A stretch of DNA of 64,000 bases from the NCBI RefSeq assembly GCF_009914755.1, contig NC_060942.1; one strand, given 5' to 3'. The stretch is from the human T2T-CHM13v2.0 reference genome, Homo sapiens. The position numbers and the translations under genes were made by a program. Every line of letters begins with the position of its first letter. Position 1 is the first letter of the stretch. Positions 1 to 14,426 of this stretch are shown in pieces. The notes beneath the pieces were generated by a model. It was not told where the DNA came from, made no database searches, and saw nothing but the letters and a program-made list of their open reading frames with translations.

Positions 1-291
1 ACCTGGTAGGAGGTGATTGGATCACGGGGGCAGTTTCCCCCATGCTGTTCTCGTGATAGCGAGTTCTCATGAGATCTGATGGTTTAAAAGTGGCACTTCC
101 CCCTTCACAGTCTTTCTCTCCTGCCACCATGTGAAGAAAGTACTTACTTATCCTTCCTTTTCTACCATGATTGTAAGTTTTCTGAGGCCTCCTCAGCCAC
201 GAAGAACTGTGAGTCAATTAAACCTCTTTCCTTTAATAAATTACCCAGTCTCAAGTAGTTCTTTATAGCAGTGTGAAAATGGACTAATACA
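1..291 (+). mobile_element. MaLR LTR (MSTA/THE1-like), 3' part, truncated by window edge
   Basis: Typical MST/THE1 motifs (CCATGATTGTAAGTTT..GAGGCCTCC..AACTGTGAGTCAATTAAACCTCTTT) and LTR terminus GGACTAATACA. Confidence 0.85.
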
Positions 292-696
292 GATCCCCCC
301 CACCACAACATTCAGCTGAGTACTCATCAATGTATATATGTGAAGCAACTACCTGAGGCTAGGGAAAAAACTACTCATAATGAGAGGTAACAGTGTCCAG
401 TGTTCAAACAGATCCAATAACAATGTCGGTTTCCACCAGCCAGAAAGCAAGCCCCATGATTCACAGGACATTGGTAGAGTACAAAAGACTTTGGCTGAGG
501 AGTAGGGAAGAATTAGTCCTGGACTGACCAGACCCAGACCCCTGCTCCAGACCCACCTAACAAATTTGAAAAAGTAAGATCTGAAAGAATCGATTTGTTT
601 TCAAGTAACTTCTTTGCATCCCAGAACAAAGCTCAGTAATATTTATAGGAATTCCAAAATATCCAATGCTCAACAAGATAAAATGTACAATGTTTG

Positions 697-1046
697 TGTT
701 ATGAACTGAATGTTTGTGTCCCCCTCTAAATTTATGTGTTGAAATTCTAACTCCCAATATGATGATATTTGGAGGTGGGGCCTTTAGGAGAAAATTAGGT
801 CCTAAAAGTGGACCCCTCATGGATGGGATTAGTGCTCTTATAAAAAATAATGTGAGAGCTGGCTTTTTCTCTCTTTGCCATGTGATGTTGGCAATATGCA
901 ACCCAGAAGAGGACCCTCACCAGAGCCAACTGTGCTGACATCCTGATTTCAGAATTTCAGTTTCCAGAACTATGAGAAATAAATATTTGTTCACAAGCCA
1001 CCTAGTTTATGGTAATTTGTTACAGCAGCACAAATTGACTAAGACA
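697..1046 (+). mobile_element. MaLR LTR (MLT1A/MSTD-like)
   Basis: Starts TGTTATGAACTGAATGTTTGTGTCCCC, has GGAGGTGGGGCCTTT and CCAGAACTATGAGAAATAAAT, ends GACTAAGACA. Confidence 0.8.
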
Positions 1047-1380
1047 GTCTGAAATCTAATAAAAAAATTACTAGGCATGCAAAGAAGCAGAAGAATGTGA
1101 CTCATAGTAAGAATAAAAATCAATCAGTTGAAACTGACTCACAACTGACATTAAGGTTAGAATTGGCAAACAAGGATATTAAAATAATTATAACTAATAG
1201 ATACATGAGAGATATAAAAAAAGATTCAAATCAAACTTCTAGAGATGAGGAGTACAATGTGTGAGCTGTAAAGTATGCTTAATGGTATTATTGACAGATT
1301 AGACATTGTAGAAGAGATTAGTGACCTTGGAGACATAGACATAGAAGCTGTCCAAAATGAAGCAAAGAGAGAAAGGAAAC

Positions 1381-2024
1381 TGATTTAGTCATGGTTACCC
1401 AGACAGAACTGATAGAATACATATATATATAGATACATGAGAAAGGACTGATTATGAGAATTGGCTCACTTGATTGAGGTTGAGAAGTCCCACAACAGCC
1501 TGTCTGCAAGCTGGAGAAGCAAGGAAACCATAGTATGACTCAGTCCAAGTCCAAAGGCCTCAGAACCAAGGAGGCTAATGGTGAGAACTCTGAGACTGAG
1601 GCTGAAGGCCTGAGAGCCCAGGGGGCTGTCATACAAGTCCTATCGTCCAATAGCCAGAGAATCTAGAGTTATGATGTCCAAAGGCACATCCCCACTCCAT
1701 AAGAGAGAACAAAAATTCACTCTTACTCCATCCTTTTGTTCAATTCAGGCCCCCAGCTGATTGGATGATGTCCATCCACATTGAAGCTAGATCTTCCCCA
1801 CTCAGTCCACCAACTCATATGCCAATGTCATCTGGAAACACCCTCTCAAACATTCCTGGGGGAGCCCAATCATTCCAATCAAATGGCAAGCCATCTGGGT
1901 TTCCCTTTCAGCAGAAAAGGGATGTGCTCAGTGCCCACTGAAGCACTGAGAATAAACAATGCTTTCCCAGGTACCTAAGTGTCCCTTAATCCAGGCAAGT
2001 TGATACCCAAAATCAACCATCACA
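1381..2024 (-). mobile_element. ERVL LTR (MLT2-type)
   Basis: Reverse complement starts TGTGATGGTTGATTTTGGGTATCAACTTGCCTGGATTAAGG, the MLT2 5' signature. Confidence 0.8.
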
Positions 2025-2034
2025 GAGACTTTTA

Positions 2035-2328
<294 letters not shown>

Positions 2329-3174
2329 TTATGAAAATTATTAACCCACAAATCCAATTTTGAATTCCAAATACAAGAAATATAAACAAAGCAACATCAA
2401 GACACATCATGACTAAATTGCTCAGAAACGGTGATAAAGAGAAAAATCTTAAAAACAACCACATAAAAAAAAAAAACCCACACATTAGATACAGAGGAAC
2501 AAAGATAAGGATGAGAGCAGATTTCTTTTTTTTTGGAAACAATACAAGTAAGGAGACAATGTATCCACATCTCTAAAAGTACTAAAAGATCATTTGATAA
2601 GGCAAGCACTACCTTGATACTAAAACCTAACAAAGAAACTACAAGAAAACTACAAGTCAATATTGCTTATAAAGTCAACCTCTCCATTTGCAGACAACAT
2701 GGTCATGTATGTAGAAAATGTGATGGAATCTATTTTTTAAAAATACTAGTACAAATTATTTTAGCAAGATCATAGGACACAAGATAAATATGCAAAAACC
2801 AATTGTATTTCTATATACTAGCAATGAACAACTGGAAAATAACTTTTTTAAAATAATGCTATTTACAATAGTATCAAATATATGAAATAGGGATAAATCT
2901 GACAAAAGATGTGAAAGTCTTCTACACTAAAACTATAAAACATTGGCAACAGGAATTAAATTAGACCTAACTAAACAAACAAACAGATATAACATGTTCA
3001 TGATTCAGAAGAATCGATATTATTAAGATGTTCATTCTTCCCAAATAGACCTATAGAGTCAACCCACTGCCAATCAATATAGCAGAAGGCTTGGTTTTTG
3101 TAGAAATTAACAACCTAATTCTAAAATCCAAGGGACTTAGAATAGTGAAAGCAACTTTGAAAACAAAAACAATG

Positions 3175-3429
<255 letters not shown>

Positions 3430-5759
3430 TCAAGACTTTCTATAAAGCTAAACTAATCAAGATAGGTATTATTGTCATAAAGATAGATGTAGAGCCATGG
3501 AACAAAACATCCAGAAATAGACTCACATATAGATGGCAACTGATTTTTTACAAAGTCACAAAGGCAAAGCAGTGGAGAAAGGATAGTCCCTTCAACAAAC
3601 GGTACTGGAACAATGAGATATTCATATGCCAAAAAAATGGACTTCATGTCTTGTACTATGTTTAAAAATTAACTCAAAATGGGCCATAGGCTTAAATGTA
3701 AAACTAAATAGTATACAGTTTCTATGAGAAAACATAAGGAAAAAACCTTTGACTTTGGGTTAAACAAAGATCTTATAGACCCAACCCCAAAAGTATAATC
3801 CAAAAAAAAAACAAATTGATGAGTTAAACTTCATCAAAATTAAAAACTTCTGCTCTTTCAAAGAATGAAAAGACAGGCACAGTCTGGGAGAAAATCTTTT
3901 AAAATCATATATCTAATGATATGATTAATTCAGAATATATAAAGAACTTCCAAAACTATATTATAAGAAAACAACTCAGTAAAAACCTGGGCAAAAGATT
4001 TGAACAGACACATCATCAATGAAGACAGACTAACAGTAAATTAAGTGCATGAAAATATGCTTGACATCATTATCCGTTAGGGAAATGCAAATTAAATCCA
4101 CAATGAGATACCACTACATACCTATTAGAGTGACCAAAAAGAAAAAGATTGACCGTGTCAGTGTAGGTGAGGATGTGGAAGAAATGGAAGTCTCATATAC
4201 TGCTGCAGGGAATGGAAAATGATACAGACATTTTGGAAGACAATTGACAGAGTCTTTGAAAGTTAAACATACACCTACCATATGATCCAGCCATCCTGCT
4301 TCTAGGTGTTTAGCCAAAAGGAAAGGAGCTATATATTCATTCAAACACATGTGGATGAATGCAGCTTTATTTGTAAAAGAAAAACTGAAAGAACCCAAAT
4401 TTCCATCCACAGATAAGTGAATATACTGTATAGGGTATCTGTATAATGGAGAGTGACTACTCAGCAATGAAAGGAAACGAACTATTAATATACATACACT
4501 TCAACTTGGATGAATCTCAACATGATTATTCTGAGTAATAGAAGCAAGATAAAGGACTCAGAGAGTACACACTATAAACTTTCATTTAGATGAAATTCTA
4601 GAAAAGTCAAACTAACTTATAATGACAGAAAGCAGATTAGGGATGGGAGGGAGAGATGACAAAGGGGCACCAGGACCCTTTTGGGATGATGAATATGTTC
4701 ACTATCTTGATTATAGTATTACACACATGTCAAAACTTATCAAATAGAACAGTTTTAGTATGTACCACATGTTGCATGTCGATTATACCTCAATCGAGTT
4801 GGGTTCTTTTACAATTTTAAGTTTAAAATTATCTGTGAATAATACTCTTAACCTTTAGCCCTTGGCTTTGGCCAAGATGCCTTCTCATGCATAATTCTTT
4901 GCAGAGAAAGCTACATCTCCTTCACTTATGGTGGTGAGCCAAGGGGTAAACAAATGCTTTAATCATTGTGATAGCCATAGTTCTAGCACTTGACTCATAA
5001 GAAGTACTTAGTGTGTGTGTAATAATACTTCATGCTTAGAAGTTATATGGGTCTAAAATTCAATAACGAACTATACAAATGTGATTTGTAATAAACTTAA
5101 AAGGTGACATCTATGAAGCATTGCACATCACAAGAGCATGTATTTCTTTCAAATACACAGAAGAAAATCGAGGAACAACTGAGCAAGGTCTACCCTGCAA
5201 GGGGTCCTGAGGATGGTGATCCAGCCAGTGAGTCAGAATCTGACTTACGCCCAGGAGCCAGCTACCTCAAAGTGCTGAGCACATCAAATTCAAAATGGCT
5301 GGTGAAAATGCTTGCCTCTGGTAGAAGAGCTGCAAGTAAATTGGACATCAGAAGGAAAACAATTTAACTCATGCAAACACAACTCAACTAAAAACAGAGA
5401 TTAAAGAGAGCTGCTGTAACTCACACCAAATATTTAGCAGCTGCAATTTTCATTTTTTACTGCCAAGTTCAATTCACAAAAACAACAACAATATTTATTT
5501 AACATCTGTTATGTGGCAACAGTGTGGTAGTCATCTTTAAGGCTGTTAAGCATTTGAATAAATTATAGGAGGCAATGAATCTCCCTTCTAAGAAATCTTT
5601 CTCATTTGGATACAGAATGTGTCTATACAAAATGAAATATGCGTAGATCTTCCAAAACAAGATCTTCTTTGTGTAGCTCTTCCAAGACAAGATCTTATCT
5701 ATGACTTTTTTTTATATATTCAAGCTTTCATGGCCATGATACCTTACATAAAAAACTAA

Positions 5760-6368
5760 TTGCAGCACAGTTCACAATAGCTAAGATTTGGAAGCAACCT
5801 AAGTGTCCATCAATAGATGACTGGACAAAGAAAATGTGGTACATATATACAATGGAGTACTATTCAGTCATAAGAAAGAATAAGATCCTGTCATTTGCAG
5901 CAACATGGATGGAACTGGAGATCATTGTGTTAAGTGAAATGAGCCAGGCACAGAAACACAAACTTCATATGTTCTCACTTATTTGTGGGAGCTAAAAATT
6001 AAAATAATTGAACTCATTGAGATAGTAAAAGGATGGTTACTAGAGGCTGGAAAGGGTAGTGGTGGAGTAGGTGGAAATGGGGATGGTTAATCGGTTCAAA
6101 AAAATAGGATGAATAAGACTTAGTATTGGCTAGCGCAACAGGGTGACTATAGCAAAAAATAATGTAATTGTACATTTTAAAGTAACTAAAATAATATAAA
6201 TGGATTGTTTGTAACACAAAGGATAAATGCTTGAGGGGATGGATACCCCATTTACCCTGATGTGATTATTAGGCATTGCATGCCTATATCAAAATATGTC
6301 ATGTAACCCATAAATATGTATACCTATTATATACCCACGAACATTAAAAATAATTTTTTAAAAAAAAT
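5760..6368 (+). mobile_element. L1MA-type 3' end
   Basis: L1 ORF2 end/3' UTR motifs (ACAATAGCTAAGATTTGGAAGCAACCTAAGTGTCCATC; GGATACCCCATTTACCCTGATGTGATTATT) plus A tail. Confidence 0.9.
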
Positions 6369-7029
6369 TAATAGGATATTATGTCATTTCCCCCAGGTCT
6401 GGCTCAGTAATTCCCCATGAACAATGTAGAGGACGTATTGTCTAGTTAACTTGGTTAAATAAGGACTCAATGAATGGGGAAAAATGTATTTGGAAATTCT
6501 TTCCTAAAACTGAAATACCGTGGTCATCCATTCATTAAATAGTCACTGAATTCCTACCATGTCCTGGGAGTGTGCAGTGGTGAACAAGCCAGACATGTGG
6601 TCTTTGCTCACATGAAGCCTATGGGGAGACAGGAGATCCAAAAATAAATATACCATTACACGTTGTAATTAATTGAAAATATTTGTGTATACTAGGAGGC
6701 AGAGAAAGCCCAGTGTGCTGCCTTACTGTAATTTCCAGTCTCTCCAGAAATAAGAAAGGCACTGCTCCACTGCCTTTTAATTGCAGCTTTTCTATGTTTT
6801 TGCATTAGGAGTAATTATGTGCCCTTGACATTTTTGTGCTCAGAGTGCAGCAATCTGCCTAACAAGCATGGCTTGCTTCTCCCTGGACATAACTACTGAG
6901 TAATTGGCAGGCAGGCCGGACTGACCTGCGCCACACACAGAGCCAGAGCCCGCTGCCAATGCTTCAGGCCCAAGGGCTGTGCTCCTGGGTGCATAGCACA
7001 GAAAAGACTGCCAGGCTGTGTCAATCTTT

Positions 7030-7297
7030 TTAATCATGCTTACGCATATAGGTTAACCACAGTTATGTAAGCAGGTTCTGAGAAAAGGTGAGAAAGAGAA
7101 TGGAGAGTTTTGCTACAACAGAGGCAGGATTCTGAATTTATTTCCAGCTGCCCATCTTGTCCCTCCTGGAGACCTAACCCCTCCAGCACCTACACACACA
7201 GCCTCTTTAGAAGCAACTATCCTGCCACTGGCTCAGAAAGGCTGAGTCCTAAGAATTCTAAAATCTTGCTCCTAAGAAATCTCAAGCTTCTTTTGTG
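7030..7297 (+). other. TTC39C: Candidate distal alternative non-coding first exon of TTC39C (5' boundary approximate)
   Basis: Unique sequence ending at a consensus donor TG|GTAAGT (GT 7298-7299). From memory, TTC39C has an alternative first exon about 22 kb upstream of the CpG-island exon; the donor-to-donor distance here is 22,035 bp. Confidence 0.55.
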
Positions 7298-8109
7298 GTA
7301 AGTGGCTTAATGAGACAGGGTAAGTGATAAACAAGAAGAATCATTGTATCATTTTATGTTTTTATCATGTTGTCATTGCACTGGCTAAGTTCATCTTTGA
7401 TGGTAAAATACTAACGCAAATTGAAGCTGTGATAAAAGGGCTTTCAATATGAAATAGACAAGACATATAATGGAAAGAAATGCTTCCAGAATGGATTTCC
7501 ATAAAAACGTGGCAAGACTTTCTCAGTGCCATTCTTTAAAATCTCTGCTATTTTTCAACAAATGCCAGATGTTAAAGCATTTGCATAGTATCCCTTGGAG
7601 GGTTGGGTGTAAAGACATGCATTAATATCAGGTTAATAGAAAATATCTACAATAACAAAATGTCCACACACAGATGCTCACTAAATGCCATAGCACTTGT
7701 TATGACTAATTATTATGAAGTACACGGACCCCTTTTCATATCAAATAATTTACTAGACCCTCACTTATAGATCTTGTACTCCTACTTGGTTGAGAATGTA
7801 TCAAAATAACTAAAAATGTCACTGTGAATTTCATTAAATCTTGTATAAAGATCGAAATGTAGGCCTCCAGCTGTGAAATTTAGAATCTCATCTTTTACTA
7901 GCCTTGACCAGCTGTGAGTGAAATGCCAGATCAAAGTTTATTTTTCATAAATATTTAAGTAATGTCACAATTAGCAATGCTATTCTAGATAATTATTTAA
8001 TTTCACTACATATTATAAACTGAAAATCTATGAAAAAAATTATATACTAATTTAATTGTCTTGGGAAATATAATAGAAATGGACCATAGTTTGACATTAG
8101 ATGTTTTGG

Positions 8110-8176
8110 TATTAGGTTTGTGCAAAAATAATTGCTTTTAATGGCAAAACTGCAATTACTTTTGCACCACCCTAAT
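8110..8176. mobile_element. MADE1 (Hsmar1-derived mariner MITE), internally deleted
   Basis: TATTAGGTTTGTGCAAAAATAATTGC...GCAATTACTTTTGCACCACCCTAAT: paired Hsmar1-type TIRs. Confidence 0.85.
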
Positions 8177-8998
8177 GGTTCATATGACATCACCAACAAT
8201 CATCCAGAAAGCTTCATATTAATCTTAAATGAATTGTTGCCATTAACAAAGCTTTCTTCTCTGAGATTCAGCTGGAGAAGTTCATTTTGGAAAACATTTA
8301 AAACTGTTATGCACATGAATCTCTGAAAAGATATGAAGCTCTGGCAAAAAAATAAATGAAGGCTAAAAACAGAGGGAAACAATTTCCCAGTGCAAAAGAT
8401 TTTCTATTATTTTCATTATTATTCCTTAGATGTTTTGGCTGAAGATACAAAAAGAAAAACAAATAGATATGTTTTCCTCAAAAACCATCACTTTATTTTT
8501 GTGCCACGGTTTTTGTTTAAAATAAGATGACAGAGAAGAAAATTATAGAGATAAAATCAATTGTAGTAACCAAAAAAAAAAAAAAAAATCAGTTTTAGTA
8601 ACCAAAGGAAATCAGTCTGTATTTCCAAAACCTTTGTGTGAGAGCCCATCAGTGTGGTTGGCAGATGTTTTACAAACACTTAGGGAATCTGTCATGAACT
8701 TTAAAGACCAAGAGAGCTTTTTCTGTTTGCCAGGAAATCTAGGAAAACAAAGGAAAATTAAACCCATTAGCCTAGTTTAACATCATGTGCTTCCCCCACT
8801 CGCCCCTCCCCTCATAGCCAGGGCTTACACAAACACACTGAATGGTACTTACGTTCCTTAGGTATTACCAGTTGGCCCCGTTTCAAGGCTTTAAAAAAGC
8901 CTCATCACTATGCACCCAACGTTAACACTCAAAGCCCCGCAGGGCTGTATCTTGGACGGCTGTTGCTACTGAGTGTGATTCTCAGCAGATGAAATGCT

Positions 8999-9017
8999 AG
9001 CAGCAGCAGCAGCAGCA
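8999..9017 (+). repeat. Short (CAG/AGC)n trinucleotide repeat, about 6 units
   Basis: AGCAGCAGCAGCAGCAGCA. Confidence 0.9.
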
Positions 9018-9044
9018 TCTATGAACTGCCTTATAATAAACTGC

Positions 9045-9152
9045 AACTTGGCTGCACTTAGTCATCACCAGGGCCACGCGCTGATGCGTGAACTCCACCC
9101 TCAGAGACTCTGATTTCATTGGTCTGGGAGTGGCCTGGACATCAGGATCTTT
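9045..9152. mobile_element. MER5-family (hAT-Charlie) fragment
   Basis: CTTGGCTGCACTTAG..CACCCTCAGAGACTCTGATTTCATTGGTCTGGG..GGCCTGGACATCAGGAT. Confidence 0.6.
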
Positions 9153-9444
9153 TCCTTTTTTTTAAAAAAAAAAAATAATAATTATAATCCACAAGATTTT
9201 CCTAATGGTTACATCTCACACCATGAAATTGACTTTGGTAAAATGTGTGTATAGTTCTCTGTCACTTTATCACGTGTGTAGGTTTGTCTAATCAGCATTG
9301 CAATTATGATACAGAACTATTCCTTCATCACAAAGATATGCCTTTATGGTATCACTTACCTGCCTTCTCTCTACTATCCCTAACTCCTGACAAACACTAA
9401 TCCCGATAATTTTGTCATTTCAAGACTGTTAAATAAATGGAATC

Positions 9445-9742
9445 GGCCAGGCGTGGTAGCTCATGTATGTAATTCTAGCACTTTGGGAGGCCGAGACGGG
9501 TGGATCACTTGAGGTCAGGAGTTTGAGACCAGCCTGGCTAGCATGTCGAAACCCCATCTCCACTAAAAATACCCCAAAATTAGCCAGGTGTGGTGGCGCG
9601 CGTCTGTAGTCCCAGCTACTCAGGGGGCTGAGGCACGAAAATCACGCGAATCCAGGAGGTGGAGGTTGCAGTGAGCCAAGACTGCACCACTGCACTTCAG
9701 CTTGGGCGACAGAGTGAGACTCTGTCTCTAAATGAATAAATA
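9445..9742 (+). mobile_element. AluS, full length
   Basis: Alu dimer; TSD AAATAAATGGAATC on both sides. Confidence 0.95.
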
Positions 9743-9926
9743 AATGGAATCATACAGTGTGTACCCTTTTGAGATTGGCTTTTTCACTCAGCATAATGCA
9801 CCTGAGATCCATCTAGGTCGTATGAGTCAATAGTTCATTCCTTTTTATTGCTGGTATAGATGTACTACACCTTGGGGCTATTACAAATAAAGCTGCCATG
9901 AACATTTGTATAAAAGTTTTTGTGTG

Positions 9927-10139
9927 ACCTGCCTGGGCAACCATAGCAAAACCCCATCTCTGCCGGAAAAAAAAAAAAGTTAGCCGGGCATGGTGGGATA
10001 CACCTGTAGTCCCAGCTACTCAGGAGGCTGAGGTGGGAGGATCGCTTGAGCCCAGGAGGTCAAGGCTGCAGTGAGCCACAGTCACACCACTGCACTCAAG
10101 TCTGGGTGACAGAGCAAGACTCTGTCTCAAAAATTTATG
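9927..10139 (+). mobile_element. 5'-truncated AluJ
   Basis: Partial left arm plus right arm; TSD AAAAGTTTTTGTGTG at 9912 and 10140. Confidence 0.9.
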
Positions 10140-11086
10140 AAAAGTTTTTGTGTGGGAACATAAGTTTTTATTTCTCTGGCATGAATGCCAGAAGTGCCGT
10201 TGTTGGATCGTATGTTAAGTATATGCTTAGTTTTCAAAGAAACTGCCAAACGTTTTTCCAGAGTGGCTGTACCATTTTACATCTCCACCAGCAAGGAGAG
10301 ATCCAATTTCTCCACATTCTTGCCAACATTTGATATTGTCACTATGTTTTATTTTAGCCATTCTGTAGGTGTGTAGTGGAACTTCATTGGGGTTTAGTTT
10401 ACATTTCCATCAAAATGAGTGATGTTGAACATCTTTTCATGTGTTTATTTGCCATCTGTATATCCTCTTCAGTAAAATGTCTCTTTATATCTTTTGCCCA
10501 TTTTCTAATTGGATTTGGGCATGGGCCAGAGAGATGGAAGAGGGGCAGTGCATCGAAAACTTCCCTAAGTGTATCTACTATGCAGCCAAGTTTGGGAAGC
10601 ACTGCGTCATTATAACTTCTTTATATAGGTACACTCTAAATGTAAGCCATTGCACTTGTGCTAATATTAAAATAAGGTCAGTGTGGGCACTGGCTAATTA
10701 AACATGCCTGCAGTCCAAGGGAAAAACACTGGAGATGCTTTCCATGACCTCAGGTTGTTTGCATATACTCATCATAAGGCTGGAGGAATGAGCCCTGCAG
10801 GGAATATTTCTGGAAATGTGGCCCAAATATCTTCTGCTTTAAAATCATGGCATGTGTATGTGCATGTGTGCACCTGTGCACATGTGTGAAAAATGGTGAT
10901 TCCCCAGTCCCAAGCCCCATACCTACTAAATCAGGACTTTTGAGGATGAGGCCTAGAAATCTATATACATAGCCCAGCAGATTTCCACACACTCAAAAAT
11001 TTGAGACCTATCTTGCTCAAGGAAGACTGGGGACCCAATCTCCACTTCAGGGCATAGGTGGATGCCTTCCTATTAAGAAATCAGTT

Positions 11087-11390
<304 letters not shown>

Positions 11391-11511
11391 TTAGGCAGGG
11401 CACAGTGGCTCCTATCTGTAATCTCAGTGCTTTGGGAGGTCAAGGCAGGAAGATTGCCTGAGGCCAGGAGTTTGAGACCAGCCCAGGCAACACAGCAAGA
11501 CCCTGTCTCTA

Positions 11512-11832
<321 letters not shown>

Positions 11833-11933
11833 AGAGAAAGAAAGAAAGAAAGAGGGAAGGAGGGAGGGAGGAAAGAAAAGAAAAGAAAGAGAGGGAGGGA
11901 GGAAGGAAGGAGAAAGAAAGAAAGAAAGAAGGA

Positions 11934-11989
<56 letters not shown>

Positions 11990-11991
11990 AA
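11833..11991 (+). repeat. Compound (GAAA)n/(GGAG)n/(GGAA)n purine microsatellite
   Basis: About 160 nt of only A/G, ending in about 15 GAAA units. Confidence 0.95.
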
Positions 11992-12324
11992 CCAAAACAG
12001 GCATAGTGGCATGTGCCTGTAATTTCAGCTACTCAGGAGACTGAGGCAGGAAGATTGCTTGAGCCTAGGAGTTTAAGGTGTATGAGCTGTGATTGCGCCA
12101 CTGCATTCCCACCTGGGTGACAGAGTGAGACCCCGTCTGAAAAAAGAAAAAAAAAAAAAGAAAAAGAAATTGGTTTAGAGAAGAGTTGCCTTGAGCCAAT
12201 TTGGGGCATAGAAATGTGTGTTCTACTTCTGAAATGTGAGGAACAGAGAGGGGCAGGATAGTGTGTTTTTGTATACTGCCAAGCTGTTCTTGAGAAGCAA
12301 TAATTTGTAGTGATCAATAAAGAT

Positions 12325-12500
12325 AACTAACATGTATGAGCACTAATTAGTGCTAGGCTTTCCCCACACACTAGCTCCCCTTGTTCTTATAACAAGTTAG
12401 AGGTTATTATATTCTCTACTTTGTAGATGAGGGAGCTGAGGTTCAGAGAGTCCTGGTCATTTGCCCAATATCATAGGACTAGCAGATGTCAGGCTGTTTT
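12325..12500 (-). mobile_element. MIR
   Basis: MIR core reverse complement (TTATTATATTCTCTACTTTGTAGATGAGGGAGCTGAGGTTCAGAGAG..TTGCCCAA). Confidence 0.7.
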
Positions 12501-12607
12501 TCCTTCTGGAGTCTCCCTTATTGTTGTCCTTAGTTGTCCCAAACTCTGGTTTTTATTATTAAATATTTTTAGAAGACCTACTGGAACCTAATTTTAAACA
12601 GAAACTA

Positions 12608-12970
<363 letters not shown>

Positions 12971-14426
12971 CTAACTGATCATCAATTTGTGGGCTGAAAT
13001 AAATGCTGCACAGAAGTGGTATATCTAATTATTTCTCTGGTGTAGTACTGCAGTCCGAACTGTAAGCATGAAGCTGGTTCTAAATAGAGACAGTGGAGCT
13101 CTCTGGAGCACTCAAGTGGTAAACTACTAAACAGTGGTAAAAATTCCTTTTATCCTGCTGCTCAGGAACCTGTCATTATGGGGAGAGTAAGCCACACCCT
13201 TTAAATATACACATGTGGCCCTGGTATCCATTTACACAGCTGCCAGGTGAAAGCCCTTTTGTTTTCCAGCTTCTGTCCTGAATCATCTTGGATGACTGCC
13301 TCAGGTCTCTGTGTGGCTCTGACATAATTGATATTTTCATAACATACCCAGCTTCATTGTTCACAGTTCTGGTCTGTGCCAGTTTATGTGTTTGAGCCTC
13401 AGGTAAGTTGAGCGCTGTGGACATATGGGTGTGATGAAATGGTTTCCTCTCTTCCCTTTCCACCTTCGAAACCTAAGCCTTCCTGCAAGGCTCCTAGCCT
13501 TCCGGGTTTCCATAGAAATCAGAGCCTGAGGCCAAGTTTAAGGTATAAGGCTCTATCCCAGAGCTGGAAGGGTGAGGGGAAGGGAGTCAATGTGGGGTGA
13601 TATGAACCAAACTGGCCAGGGTGCCACAGAAACCACACCTGTCACAGCCACGCAGGACTCTCTGGATGGGCCATATGGAGCCACCACACTTCGAAATCGT
13701 CACAGGGGAGGAAGAGAGAGGAGCTTATCTCCTGACTCTCTGGTCAAAGCGGGTCCTCTGTGGATTCAACTCTCCCCCATTTTGGGCTATTTACCTTTTA
13801 AACAGTGGCAAAGCAGCCATCTTCTAGGTCCCTAGCCAGGGGGCAAGAAGCTTCATCTGAGTCTGCAAGTGCTGGGAACAGCCGGTACCCGTGCTAGGGC
13901 CCGGGCTGCAAATGCCTACGGCTCCCATAAGGTGGGCATTGTAGCAGCCATGCCTAAGCCCAGCTCTCAGCCCTCACCCTGTGGGGAAGCAGCATCTGCA
14001 GATAGTGGCAGAGAGAAGGTGAGACTGGGAAGCTGGAGCTCCCCACTGAGCAAGCAGCCAGGGCCCAGCAGGCAGATGGGGCTGAGCAAATGTGGGGAGG
14101 CCCAAAACTTAGGTCCAAGTAGTTCCCTTCCTGATTCTAATGTTGTATCGGAGTATCAGTCAGGGTTCTTACTTGCAAGCCACAAAAACTTACTTTAGCT
14201 TCCTTAAACCAAAAAAGAATTTATTGGGTGTACATGGGAGAGCTTTCAGAAACTGAAGAGTGGGCTTATAGTGCAAGCAATGAGAGCTGCCAACTAGGCA
14301 GCAGAAACCGGGGCCCAAACACCACTACCATGGGGGCAGGACACTTTCCCTACTACAGCCTAACATCACCACCTCCCAGTGAGACCTCACACCATCAGCA
14401 TGCCTCCAAAGAGCACAGGGGCTCTG

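Larger units (their letters stand above)
9180..10515 (-). mobile_element. L1M 3' region (antisense) interrupted by two Alus
   Basis: T-rich L1 antisense motifs (TTTTCCAGAGTGGCTGTACCATTTTACAT; GATGTTGAACATCTTTTCATGTGTTTATTTGCCATCTG). Confidence 0.8.

Noticed and set aside
13500-14420. Possible old LTR fragments (LTR33/MLT1-like)
   Set aside because: Similarity too weak to name or bound without a consensus alignment
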